Translations under genes and position numbers: made by a program
Part shown: positions 29,496-42,854 of the stretch, one piece after another
Position numbering within the stretch: the stretch's first letter is position 1
Layout of the letters: each line of letters starts with the position of its first letter
Source: Saccostrea cucullata
Lineage: Eukaryota
Length of the DNA stretch: 64,000 bases
Direction of reading: 5' to 3'
NCBI RefSeq assembly: GCF_032062105.1
Contig: NW_026925650.1
Coordinates: forward strand, 62,001 to 126,000
Notes under the pieces: model-generated
Databases searched by the model: none
The model's input: the letters and a program-made list of their open reading frames with translations, nothing else
What the model was told of the DNA's origin: nothing

Positions 29496-30248
29496 TTTTA
29501 TACCCCCCTTCGAAGAAGGGAGGGCATATTGCTTTGTCGGTCGGTCGGTCTGTCGGTCCATTTAGTTTCCGTTCATTTTCTTCGCAACCGTTGCACATAC
29601 TGAAATCAAATTCGGTATATATAGATATATCATGAATATCTAGGTCAAGTTCTGTTTTGGGTACAATCTCACCATTTTTGACAGAGTTATGCCCCTTGGA
29701 CTTGGAAAAATTTCAATTATTTGCAGTTTCCGCTTATTTTCTTTGCAACCGTTGCACATACTGAAATCAAATTTGATATACAGATATATCACATTAATAT
29801 CTAGGTCAAGTTCTGTTTTGGGTACAATCACACCATTTTTGACAGAGTTATGCCCATTGGACCTGGAAAAATTTAAATTATTTGCAGTTTCCGCTCAATT
29901 TCTTTGCAACTATTGCACATACTGAAATCGAATTTGATATACAGATATATCACAGTAATGTCTAGGTCAAGTTCTGTTTTGGGTTCGATTGCAGCATTTT
30001 TGACAGAGTTATGGCCCTTGGAGTTTGAAAAAAATTCCAATTATTTGCAGTACTGTTCATTTTCTTTGCACCCGTTGCACATACTGTGATGAAATTTAAT
30101 ATACAGATTTATCAGATGAATATCTAGGTCAAATTCTGTTTTGGGTACAATCGTGCCATTTTTGACAAAGTTATGCCCCTTGGACTTACAAAAAAAATCC
30201 AATTTGGGGGGAGGGAGGCATAAGTGTTTTACAAAAATCTCTTGTTTT
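29496..30248 (+). mobile_element. HINE-type element with ~3.5 internal ~165-bp repeats
   Basis: 5' hairpin cccccttcgaagaaggg, GGTC microsatellite, repeats of tctaggtcaagttctgttttggg, 3' ataagtgttttacaaaaatctcttgttttt. Confidence 0.85.
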
Positions 30249-30856
30249 TTTTATTTTCAGGTATTGTTGATATATGATTGTTCTCTTTCTTAGGAACCTC
30301 AATTAACAATCAGTTATTATGTCAAAGAACTTTGCGACAAAGTTACTTGTTGATTATTTTTTCATTGAACGATTAGACTGTTATGGGCAAAATATCCAGA
30401 ATCCATGACATATGAGTATATTTTTTAGTTTGCAAGATAATCAATACTGCGTAGAAGCATGTTATCAATATGATCTCTGCATATTGCAAAACCCCCTTGT
30501 TCTATATTTGTCACTGACCTCTTTAAGCTAAGGATATTTAATTGACTATATATACGCTTATTTTTGGAAAGGATATTCTTATCGACCTATTCTGTTGCTG
30601 ATATTTGACCATTTCCGACAAATAAACTGTTCTTGTTATAAAAATTAACTTACATGGAAAGAAATATAAAACTCAGAAAAAATCTTTCAGCTTTTGTGAC
30701 AGAACGCTACGGAAGGGGTCACGTGACCGCCTATATCACCTGATTCGCGCATGAGCAGAACGGTGGCAGATGTGCATTAAATCTGAAGTGGACTAATCTA
30801 AAAAATAAGCAACATTGAAACCACATATTGTTTCTTTTATTGAATTTATTCAATTA

Positions 30857-30885
30857 GTTCGCGAACTTTTTGATCACCCCTCGTA
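30857..30885. mobile_element. Solitary mariner-type TIR remnant
   Basis: Reverse complement reads TACGAGGGGTGATCAAAAAGTTCGCG, a typical mariner terminus; I saw no partner TIR. Confidence 0.5.
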
Positions 30886-31694
30886 TAGTCGATCAGCAGT
30901 CAACGGGTGTAAGCAAAAAGGTTAGTTTGTTTTTGCCTTCTGTCATAAAAATTAAAGTATTTGCATGTTTGTTGACGGATTTAACTGGCCTTTTATAAGG
31001 TGGCTGGAATATCAATAATTTTGTGTAATATCATACACTTTAATTTATGGTTGTGGAGAAAAGTTAATTGTACGACGAAAAAAAGTTTAAAGCGGAGCGA
31101 CACTGAAACTTTATCTCGTCAGAACCAGCATTTACATACCAGCTGAATGAACCGTAAAAACTGCGTAGAAAAGTTTGAGAGAACATGTCAATTGGATTAA
31201 GTTTTGCCCTGCGTGACCACATCGTAACCAGTCATAAAATTTGTAGAAAACCACATTTTTGTTTACAGATTACTTCCAAATTGGGAAAAAAGAAAACATT
31301 TTTAAATTTTGGTACAAAATGCAAATATCTACACGCATACCTCTTTTAGAACTTAAAAGTCGTTAATCGTTCAAACATTCATTTGCGCATCTCCTATTTT
31401 GTAATGTTTTGTTGACATTGATATTGATTGTTATAGGGCCTACCTTTAAAAAATTGTTCCTATACAAATCTATAGTAAAAAAGTCCAACATTTCTAATGT
31501 TTTACTGTGCGGGCATAAAAAATCGCAAGAGGTTACATTACGGAAGAAGTGCAAAATACATGTATGTAAAAAAAAAAAAATAAAATGAAAGGTATAACAA
31601 AACATTTATTGACTATGTGGGTTACATCACGGAAGAAGTACAAAATACATTTATGTAAAAAAAAAAATTAAAATGAAAGGTAAAAAAAAAAACA

Positions 31695-31829
31695 TTTATT
31701 GACTGTTCTCGGGCAAAATGCGTTTTGTCGACCCTCGAACCTAATTGTCTCCCTTCGTCCTAACGGCCTCAGGCAGACAGTTAGGATCTTGGGTCCGACA
31801 AAACGCATGTTGCCCTCGAACTCAATAAA
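31695..31829. repeat. ~135-bp imperfect palindrome (Crypton-like non-autonomous element core), preceded by an ~80-bp tandem duplication (31531-31704)
   Basis: tttattga...gggcaa.atgcgttttgtcg ... cgacaaaacgcat.ttgccc...tcaataaa. Confidence 0.65.
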
Positions 31830-31942
31830 TCTATAATACTGTTCGACGTTGTCTCCATATCGTTCATTTTATAAATATATGTGATTTTTTAAGATTTTCA
31901 AATTTTTCTCTTATAATACACGTACATGAGATTAAACATTTC

Positions 31943-32095
31943 TTAGTCCCCTACGGGTGAAACAGGAGGGGGAATATAGGTTTCCTCTGCGTCTGTCCGT
32001 CCGTCCGCCTGTCTTTCCCCCATGTCTGTCAGTCTGTCCTACTTGGTTTTCCGCACTTTTTTTTCTAAACGCTTGCAGATATTAAGCTGATTTTT
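31943..32095 (+). mobile_element. Truncated HINE 5' end abutting the raftlin-like exon
   Basis: ttagtcccctac..gtgaaac.ggagggg hairpin, GTCC microsatellite, gatattaagctgattttt. Confidence 0.7.
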
Positions 32096-32115
32096 TTTTT
32101 CAAAATAACACAGGT

Positions 32116-33618
32116 ATGGGTTGCGTTGGAAGTTCACAGTCCACGCTTGTTGGGATACCCCCACAGCCTCCCTATCATGGCGCCCCATGTGAATACCGAT
32201 TTGAGAACTTCGAAATTACTTACGTGGAGCAGTTTAATCTGGCATTTATGCCCACTGCAGGCAAGCCATTCATGACCTCGGACGAAAAGGTTTACAGCGT
32301 CACTTTGGGGTCATTGTATGACCTTGGATTCCGTTTGTTGACTTTTTCGGTTATTCCAGCTTCGCTCAAGGTCAGTGGGGTTTTTACAGTTAATGTCAAG
32401 CACACGCAAAAGTATCAAGGAATCTGTAGGAAACTGCCCGAGGACGAATTACCCCAGCAATGGTCACTCAAAGTCGTCAAGTCCTATTTGCCCTCTGAAG
32501 TTTTCACTCATGGGGTATTCCGAATGGGCGATGGAAAAATTACTGCCGACGCCAATCACATATTTCAGACAATCACGAACGAGGCTGCAAACGGGGCTAG
32601 GCTTCTTTGTATTGAAATAACAGGGTTTAACTCTCAAAATGTAAAGCAACACGGAGCAACAAGCGCCGCTGCCGGCGCCTTTGATGGCCAAGGTGCTATG
32701 AATGTTTGCTTCTCTGGCCAGAGTCCAGACATGAGTAAGTATTTTTATTTGTTAGTTTAATTGTTTTTAATACCGAAAAGAATCTTCAAAAATATTTTGA
32801 AGGACAGCAAGCAGACAAGACAGATGAATCACTATGGGTAAAAAATAAACCAACTATTTTTCTTTCATAAACCAACTATTTTTCTTTCATCGATACACGA
32901 ATACGCTTTTGAAAAACACGTATATCTTATTCAAAATGTACAATCCATTGTACATTCACTTTTAGCTATTTTACCCATTGTTTCCAAGTACATGTATTAA
33001 TTTTCTCTGTCTTTAGTTCCAGGAGTGGACATCTTCTTTGAGATACCCCGGAACCCATCCTCCAACCGATACATTTACCAGTGTGTTACAATTCCAATGA
33101 AAATCACCTGGACAATGGCCATGGCATTGGGAGGAAAATGGATTGTCGAGATGAAATGGGTTGGTGTGACGTCACAGTACCTTGGCACGGGTTGGAAACT
33201 AGTAGACATCTTCATGGACCAAAACAATAGAGGTTTCCGGGATGGGTTCACCACGTCCAAAATAACGATCAACCAGAACTGCGTATTTATTTTCGAAAAA
33301 GAGCAGTCGAAGCTAAACGATAACAAACCAGTGTACGAAGCTACAATGGTAGAATACAACGCCCCCGGTAAAATGGGTGGAATTGGTACCGCCACGGCGC
33401 AGTTCAACCCGGCATGGGAACCAGTTCTTGGCCAGCTTGGAACTTATGGATGGGAGCTAGTCAAAATTTTAGACACACCAGCAATAAAAATTGACGGCGG
33501 TGGATTCGGCTCATTTTCATATAAAAAGGTCATGTGGATGTTTTTGCATCGAAAAATAGTTGCTGCTCCACCTGATCCCTCCGGTGGCGCACCGACTCCA
33601 GCGGAACCACCAAAATAA
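32116..33618 (+). CDS. Raftlin-family lipid-raft protein (406 aa, 2 coding exons)
   Basis: Exons 32116-32734 and 33017-33618 (phase 1). N-terminal MGC dual-acylation motif. Raftlin-like segments CEYRF.NF, LYDLGFRL, W......LGTGWKLV, CVFIFE, VLGQLGTYGWELVKILDTP, FLHRK. Confidence 0.8.
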
Positions 33619-36600
33619 TCGACAGGTGTAAAACTTTTCCGAACTTGTCTTACTGTGATATCTTCGCGTCTATTGGACATCTACCTGCAACTAGTTACTC
33701 TATCTGTCCTTTCAAACTAGTCGCCATTCAACAACTCACTAGGTCTTGTCTGTGATATTGTCTATTGAATCTCTATTTGGACTTGTGTCGGCTTCTTCTT
33801 TATACAGGCACATTGTATTTATAAAGGAATGAGTAAATTTTACCATGCATGTAATATAGCAAAATGTCCAAGATTTGGTGCCCTCCAAATGAGAAATGAT
33901 TTATTAATTGTGTCTGCGAGTTGTAGACAACACAGAAAAGCAGCAGCATTTTACTGCTCTGACATTTTTGGCACTCCATTTTGCATGTTTCATTATTTTG
34001 TAAGAACATGTATTTCAGTCTCTGGAATGATTAATATTTCACATAATTAAAGAAACTACCACTAGATTTCTTTGATCTAGTTTATATAATTATGTGTAAG
34101 TACAGAAAGAAGAAAAAAATACTAAGTAATGCAAAATGTTTTAAGAGTGTTACATGTAATGTAGTAATATTCATGTAACAAGAACGATATACACTTATAC
34201 GTAAAATAGTCTCTTTTACTGGAATAACATGGAATCCTTTTTTTCAATATCTATATATAATTACTAAATTCAGTATATATTCCTTATGCTAAAAAGAAAA
34301 AAAAAAACGATGAGTACCGGATATAAGAAAGAGCCATAGCTGCCTTACCGACGAAACGGCCGACTCAAGTATTTAAAAGGAAATCACCTGTTTCAATTTT
34401 TATCTTTATCACAATTTAACTGCACTTTATGGCGCTGCAATGCCGATCAAATACAATATAGAATTAATCCAATTTTGTTTAATTTTATGGGGAATTTATG
34501 GGGAGAAATTGTTGAAACTAATACTTTTTAAAGATGTTAAATTCAGTTTTCTTTTTTAAAAAGTTTGGAAAACAGACTTGTTATTTTCTTTTTAACAATG
34601 CCATTGTAATATGCATTTTAAAGGTCTTTCAACAGAGTTACGTATTGCTGATTTTTGTCAAACGACTAGTTTGGTTGTATGAAAGATTGAAAAAGAAACA
34701 GTTCTCCTTGTTGACTGATGAGTGAAACCAGAAGAGAAAGAGAAAAGTACTTAAGCAGTTGGGAATTGAAACTTTACAACAGCATTAAATAGAATAATGA
34801 TCCTTGATCAAGTCTCTTTATGTTCTTAGTGTAGTCTACTTACATGCCACATTACATTATAATCAGACTAAAAATGTATTTGGAGTAGCATTTTGAGAGC
34901 ATTTAAGGTAAGGTTTGCGTCTCCCTCCAATTCATATTTTTTAAAATCTGCACACATGTTATATATCAATTTATTCAGGGAGATTACCTTCATCATTTCA
35001 TATGATTTTCAAAGAAATCGCCCGTCCCATTTTTTTAATAAAAGACGCCAAATTTAACGTATTTCGTATTTCACCTCGAATATTATTTTCATTGAAAAAA
35101 TTGATTTATTTTATAAATTATCAAACTCAAATTATTAAATTGACCTGAATTAGTATCATTCATGCTTCTATTATTTAAACTTTTAATTTTCCATTATCAA
35201 AAATGTGATAATTTGGGTAAAAAAGAAGATTTTTCAATTTTCCTTCATAAAGTAAATCTGTTGCCATGGCAACAAAAATATAAAAATCAACATTTTCCAT
35301 ATCTACCGATTCCATCAAAATCCATGAAGTTATTAATTTGATCATTTTCATTAAATTGAACTGAAAAAATATGTATGTCCCCAATATTATTTCCATGGAA
35401 ACAAGGGCTATATTAGGGTTCTGAACATAAAAATCATGCTTTTTCTACACTTTGAAAGACAACATTGATATCACTTTGTCATGGAGTACTCATCAGACTA
35501 AATGTTATTTATTATATTGTTTTTAGGCATAAATTGGCCATAAATATTCTAAATAACACTCCATCTGTGCTACATGATGGTATAAAAATTTATTTCATGG
35601 AAGAACTCTAGTATTTATGGCAATCTTTGCATCTGAATATTCTGATGAAATTGTCCATAAATTATACTGCAACACCTTTTGAAGTATATGTATATAAACA
35701 TACTTCAGAACGTGTTGCAACTAAACCAATTAAGATCCAATGAATTTAAACTCATGCATTTAGTCATTCCAACATGTATTATTTTCTAGACATCTTTGTA
35801 GCAATTTAGCAAAATATCTGTATTCAGTTATGGCTGGCGACTTTGTCATTATACATGTATGCCATTCTAGTGAAATGTAAGCATTGCATCCACGAAGCTG
35901 CTGTTTTTATTATTTGATGATTTCTTTACTTCGAAAAGTAGAAATGCTATCTTTAAAGTAATGTTTGTTTGCCCTCTCTTGACTCAGGGTAAAATTATTG
36001 GGTCAGTAGGTGAGAAAATCTTCAACATATTTTTTAAGGGAATAGGAGGAATAAAAAGAAAAAAATTACGGTCCTGTATTGAAAAAAAAAGTTTTGAGTC
36101 TGGCCATTTTAGTCAGTCGGTCGGGAGAGGCCAGCAACCAAACATTTTTTTAAAGACGGCCTAATCTATTTCTACACTTCATGGACATTAGATCAATCAT
36201 TGAATTACTGGTAGTCTGAGAATCTAAATTGAAATGTCTGAAAGTAAGAACAAAAAAGATAAAATTCTAAGTGACATCAATTCATACTTTAATGAGTTTA
36301 CAGAGTACTACTAATTTCATAGAAAAGGCAAATTCTGCAAAATGACATAACGTTACACTGTCGTAAATATTTGTCAAGAACAGGGGAAAAGAAAAAATGC
36401 TACAGTGACAGATATATCCCCTGGACATCTATGAAATAATAATTTAAATAAAACAAAATTTTCTACTTTATAAAATCTAAATAAATAAAAAATCAAAAAA
36501 TTATAAATGTAAACAATTTTAAAAATGAAAAAACCTTACAACTTACTAGACAGGACGTTGTAAAAAACATTAAATTTTCTTCTATACTATCTATAGACAT

Positions 36601-36932
36601 AATAAAATATGCATTGGGTATAACAAGTCAGAAGTCTTCTCCAAATCTCCATTGATATAACCATATCTGGTTCAACACCTTAGCTTGATCCATCCAACTT
36701 TCTTTAATATTCTTGAGCTGATATAGGATGACCTCTACTTTGACTGATGACACAAATCTTTTAAGGAAACACTGAAGTACTTTTTCTTGGTTCTTAACTG
36801 TTCCAATTAATGACCCATAATCTGAAACCATATGCGTTCATTTTTACAATAACATTTAAGGAAGGAGAAAACTCAATGAAATGAAAAATCAATAAATTCC
36901 CAAAAAATCAATGAAGAATCAATATGGAACTA

Positions 36933-37150
36933 CTGTATAGGGGATAAATTTCACGGGTTGTTATTTTCACGTTTTTCTCTTCTTTGGCACAATCACGGTT
37001 TCTTGAATTCACGGAATTGGTATATATTAAAAGTTTCCTCCCTTATCTATACCTATTGAAAACTTATTCACTGTTTCTTGAATTCACGGATTCATTAACA
37101 CCGTGAATATAGCGAATATTAACACCGCGAGCTATTTTCCCCCTATACAG
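36933..37150. mobile_element. Tc1/mariner-type MITE (TA TSD) nested in the Kolobok-like element
   Basis: TA|CTGTATAGGGG...CCCCTATACAG|TA with internal ttcacg repeats. Confidence 0.85.
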
Positions 37151-37433
37151 TATTGTAAAATTTACAGAATGAATTAGTTAAATGCAAATGTTTGATAAAG
37201 AAGGTTCTTTTCATGCACAATCTGTAACTCTTTTTTATTAATTAGAAAATGAGATATTAATAAAATTCAAACTTCATTTACAGAAGTTAACTTGAACGGT
37301 TGAATGCATGTTCCAATGTTACAAATGTTAGGCCTTAAAAAGCAAGGATTTTATTTTTCATAATTTCTTGGAAGACTGCTTTTTTTGGCAATGTTGGGAT
37401 ATTAGTGAATTTAGTCACATCCTGACACCCTCC

Positions 37434-40414
37434 CAGGGATGGGGTAATTGAATAAAGTAATTGTAATTGAGTGTAATTAATTACATTTTTCAGAGTAATT
37501 GGAAGTAATTTATATTTGAGCAAGCCTTCAATTACAAGTAATTGAATGTAGTATTTAAATACATTTCAAAAAAGGCCATGTATTTTCAATTACTTTTCAA
37601 TTACATTTGAATTACTTTTTTTTTCGAAATGAAAGTTTATATTTAAAAAGGGGTCTTATACTGATACATAGTTTTATACTGGTGAGTTTATATTACCTAT
37701 TCCCATGTTTTATAAATCCCAGTTCTCCCTATTCCCACTTGCAAATAATAATGATTCTTTAGATAGTTAATTTGTTTTACAGCAATTAGACTAACTACAT
37801 CCCCTTTTAGATTTACCTGTATTCTATTCAAATAATGAATGGAATTGTGATAGATTTTATTTATTTCCTTCAAAAATATGGATTTGAGAAAATAACAAAA
37901 AAAATCTTGCCATACACCATACTGGTGTAGCATGGGCTTGTGTTTGTACAATAATTAATTGCCTCATAATGTTTAATTTGTTTATACAGTGTGTCACACT
38001 CATTCTAGGTCTAATTTTGACCAGGTGTAAACCCCCATCATACCCAAGAACAATCAAAGTACTGCGAGTACTGAAAGACGGTGGCATGAATGATTTTGTT
38101 TGTTTAACACATTTTCGAGAATAAAATTTTTAGCAGCGAAGGATATTTTTCTGGCTAGCAATTACTGCGACACGGGATCTCAGTCTGAATTAAGGGCCGA
38201 TATCCATGTCACGCAGTGGGAGTCGAATCTGCGACGTCGGTATAAAAGATGGACTTCTTCAGGTCCGTGAGTCCAAAGCAAACCTGCTACTTCAATGGCG
38301 ACTGGCAGTATATAAGAAAAAAATGTTTTAAGATTTTGTAAAATGATATGGAAATTATAAAAGTTTATTTCAATTTTTCACAATATATCTACCTGTATTT
38401 TAATATATTAATTTATATTTTTTGTACTAAAAAGTATAAGGCGTTATGAATTGTCACTGTTTTCTAAAATTGTTACTATCCTATTAAAATTTTCATTAAA
38501 AAACATAGCAAATTTCAAATAGGTATATGCATAAATAAACAACTGCAAATTATCAGATTTCATTTAATGTGTTTTGTCGCCTTACGACACACGGATGATA
38601 ATGATGTCAAAATGTCTAAAGCAGCGTCAAGACGACACAATAGATAGTGAATAAAAAATAGGATAATGTTTTCCAAATTACTATTTAATACTTTTATTTC
38701 GAAACAATACTCATGTATTATTTTTAAAACCGTTTTTTTTTTCGTGCGTAAGTACATTGAAGCATGTTAATGAAGTATTAATTTTTTGTCTATATTATAT
38801 CAAAAGAATTCAGATACACTAAAATATGATAAATAAATACTTGCGAAAAATTTCATCGTGCAGCGCCTACTATTTTTCGAGAAAAACGCTTTGTACACGA
38901 CAACCCTCTTATACTGCTCGAAAAAAAAGATAGAAAAAAAAGAATAATAAAATATTTTTCTGTCTCTATTTTCTGTCGTCTCAAGTCACGATCGGAGTCT
39001 GTATATATGCGCATTTAGCTTTCTCCAGAATGGGAGAGGATCGTACATTTTGGCTATGGTTTGCGATGATGGTACTTCTCATACGCAATATTCTAATAAT
39101 TATGCAATAACCCTGCAAATCAATACATATTTACTGCTTTGTGAACACACCAGAAGACTGACCTAAATTTAGCCCACTAGAATCGCATAAAATCCTAATA
39201 ATAGTATTATTTCATGCACATGTATTTGAGTTCCTTTTTTGTACACCCTTTAAACAGTAAATTTACTAGAGGCACGTAACTTAGAGTTTCTAAATAGGAA
39301 TGAAATATATGGGTAAATTGTCCGTTATAGTCTTTGTAATTATAGCTTTGACAAATTTTTATCCGTTGAGTCGTTTTTGTGTCCGAGATAATCAGACAAA
39401 GTTTTATTTTTAAAAACTAGAATGGTAATAAACTTAACAAATTTTATGGCATCATATACCTCCAACAACCATTTCATTAACTGATTAAGATGTAGTGATC
39501 TTTTTTCTTCTTTCCTAAAATACATATATTCGTTTTACTAATATAGTATTGTAAACAGATATAAGAAATTCAAACAAAAAGACAAAGTTTGTTAAATTTC
39601 AATAAACTACTTTTGTCCTTTTTTTTAAGTTTTATTGTAAAAAAAAATTCACGAAGCAGTATTCAAGAAACAGCCGTGTGTTGTTTAGCAATTACTAGTA
39701 TTTGATTTCGGAGTTAGATAGTGAAACAATCATACAATGAAATCTTCAAATATTTTTCAACAATTAATTGGTAATTTTAAAGAAACACAATGTGCGTACG
39801 AAACGGATTTTTCGAACATGAGACAAAAAACGAAAAAAAAAAATGTACGAATTGACATTTCTAGTTTGCATACAAATATACGAGTCGTTTGGTGTACGAG
39901 TTAGTTTAGTTCGGCGTAACTCAATGAATATTCATGAGGCGAGAAATATTGATAACGGTAAATATCAGGAATTAGGCTTTGTATCCATCAACGAAATGTC
40001 TTTGAAATAATTTGAAAGTATTTGTTAACTGTGTACATTTTATTTTCAAACATCGAAATAAGTCTACTTTCATTATTTTGACTCTGCAAAAATCGCCGCT
40101 AGGGTCTCCGTGTGTTTACACAGACCAGCAGCAATAGCGTGTGGCTATATATAGCCACCGTCTAAAAACACTGAATGAAAGTTCGAATTCGATCGCTATA
40201 GAAAAGATCTAATTTAAAAAAATCTTTATTTTTTTTTATAAAAATAAAACTCGAAGTAATTGAAATGTATTTAATTACATTTGTCAAAGTAATTGAAAGT
40301 AATTAATTACATTTGAAAAAATCAATGTAATTGTAATATTGCAAGTAATTGACAAAATTATCAATGTATTTGAAAGTAATTAATTACATTTCAAAGTAAT
40401 TGACCCCAAGCCTG
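37434..40414. mobile_element. ~3-kb hAT-like non-autonomous element with GTAATT subterminal arrays, nested in the Kolobok-like element
   Basis: CAGGGATGGGGTAATT ... AATTGACCCCAAGCCTG termini; dense gtaatt/aattac repeats at 37440-37620 and 40255-40400; TSD not clean. Confidence 0.65.
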
Positions 40415-41067
40415 CGTGACCCTCGTACCGTTTATTCATCGCTTTCAAATCCGTAGTCAGTAGATCATTCATAACTTTCAGTTATTGTAATGTTTTCGCG
40501 GTAATAAAAGACAAATACATAAAATGAATAGTTAAATAATTACCTGATGAAAATAATATCAACAATCTAATTGTCAACATGATCATTGGACATGATCAAA
40601 TGCACCGTGACTTTTCTTCCCTGCTCGGACTGCATATAGCGTAACACTTTACAGGATACTCTCGGGTCTTTTCTTTTTTCTTTCCCATCGTCATTTAGTT
40701 TAGTGGTGAAGCGAGAAACACACAATGTTCAATTATTTGCATCAATGACTTTCTTCTGACTGGAATGACCGTGCAACTTGCCACGTTCCGTATCGAAAAT
40801 AAACAAGTCCTCCTTTATTTGTTCATCCACGTGCATCACGCTGAACTCAAAGGCTTCTAATATTCCTATGCTTTGAATTGTTATAAGATTTTCTCCTGAA
40901 AATGCCCTTGTTTTTAGTCCTAACAATAAGTGACAACGAACATCAACTATGACAGAGGAAATTCGTTACTGAGTGAATGCTTAGCATCGCTGGTTTAAAA
41001 TCGCCTGTTTCAAACGCTTTGGTGATTCGTAAGAGTTATCTCCCTGTTAATGCAAACCTTACCTTAA

Positions 41068-42788
41068 CAGAAATTTCTATTTTAAGTAATCAACGCAATA
41101 ATGTTCATCGAAGTCAAAAACTTATCCGACTAAAACTGTAGGAGGAGTACAATTTTGAAAGAATTTCAAAGAAATTTCTATTTTTAGTAGCAACGCCAAC
41201 ACCGTTCATCGAAATCAAAAAACTGATACACAGAGTTATGTATCTTAGTAAAATCTACTTGTGTGCTAAGTTATATTGATATCAGACCAAAACTGTAGTA
41301 GGAGTAGCATTTTGAAAGAATTTCAAAGAAATTTCTATTTTTAGTAACAACGCCAACACTGTTCGTCGAAATCAAAAACCGATACACAGAATTATGTATC
41401 TTAGTAAAGTCTACTTGTGTGCCAAGTTATATTGAAATCAGACCAAAACTGTAGGAAGAGTGGCATTTTGAAAGAATTTCAAAGAAATTTCTATTTTAGT
41501 AACAACGCCAACACCGTTCATCGAAATCAAAAACCGATATACAGAATTATGTATCTTAATGTAGTCTACTTGTGTGCCAAGTTATAATGAAATCAGACCA
41601 AAACTGTAGGAGAAGTAGCATTTTGAAAGAATTTCAAAGAAATTTCTATTTTTAGTAACAACGCCAACACCGTTCATTGAAATCAAAAACCGATACAAAG
41701 AATTATGTATCTTAGTGTAGTCTACTTGTGTGCCAAGTTATATTGAAATCAGACCAAAACTGTAGGAGGAGTAGCATTTTGAAAAATTGTTTACAGACAG
41801 ACAGACAGACAGACAGACGGACAGACAGACGGACGCCGAACGCATTACTATCGCATAAGCTCTTCTGGTCAACGCCAAGTTATATTGAAATCAGACCAAA
41901 ACTGTAGGAGGAGTAGCATTTTGAAAGAATTTCAAAGAAATTTCTATTTTTAGTAACAACGCCAACACCGTTCATCGAAATCAAAAACCGATACACAGAA
42001 TTATGTATCTTAATGTAGTCTACTTGTGTGCCAAGTTATATTGAAATCAGACCAAAACTGTAGGAGAAGTAGCATTTTGAAAGAATTTCAAAGAAATTTC
42101 TATTTTTAGTAACAACGCCAACACCGTTCATTGAAATCAAAAACCGATACACAGAATTATGTACCTTAGTGTACTCTACTTGTGGGCCAAGTTATATTGA
42201 AATCAGACCAAAACTGTAGTAGGAGTAGCATTTTGAAAGAATTTTAAAGAAATTTCTATTTTTAGTAACAACACCAACGCCATTCATCGAAATCAAAAAC
42301 CGATACATAGAATTATGTATCTTAGTGTAGTCTACTTGTGTGCGAAGTTAAATTGAAATCAGACCAAAACTGTAGTAGGAGTAGCATTTTGAAAGAATTT
42401 CAAAGAAATTTTTATTTTTAGTAACAACGCCAACATTGTTCATCGAAATCAAAAACCGATACACAGAATTATGTATCTTAGTGTAGTCTACTTGTGTGCC
42501 AAGTTATATTGAAATCAGACCAAAACTGTAGGAGGAGTAGCATTTTGAAAGAATTTCAAAGAAATTTCTATTTTTAGTAACAACGCCAACACGGTTCATT
42601 GAAATCAAAAACCGATACACAGAATTATGTATCTTAGTGTAGTCTGCTTGTGTGCCAAGTTATATTGAAATCAGACCAAAACTGTAGGAGGAGTAGCATT
42701 TTGAAAAATTGTTTACAGACAGACGGACGGACGCCGGACGCATTACTATCGCATAAACTCTTCTGGTCTCTGACCAGTAGAGCTAAAA
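41068..42788 (-). repeat. HINE-type element with 156-bp tandem satellite (about 10 units) and a duplicated 5' terminus; continues left of the Kolobok insertion (about 34800-34906)
   Basis: Unit starts at 41161, 41318, 41474, 41629 and 41927, 42083, 42239, 42395, 42551. GACA/GACG microsatellite plus terminus at 41790-41870 and again at 42715-42788. Confidence 0.9.
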
Positions 42789-42854
42789 AAGGAGAATGAT
42801 GCAGATAAGCACCAGGTAGTATAAAGGGGATTTATTTAGTAATGGTACATGTAC

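Larger units (their letters stand above)
34907..41063. mobile_element. 6.16-kb Kolobok-like (TTAA-targeting) non-autonomous DNA transposon
   Basis: TTAA|GGTAAGGTTTGC ... GCAAACCTTACC|TTAA; removing it rejoins a 156-bp satellite unit. No intact transposase ORF. Confidence 0.8.

Noticed and set aside
35260-35273. Perfect RFX X-box GTTGCCATGGCAAC
   Set aside because: Lies within the transposon body with no nearby gene start; no support for a regulatory role.
36628-40930. Transposase remnants in the Kolobok-like element (ORFs 36628-36831, 40729-40926)
   Set aside because: Short, with no DDE or THAP motifs that I can recognise.
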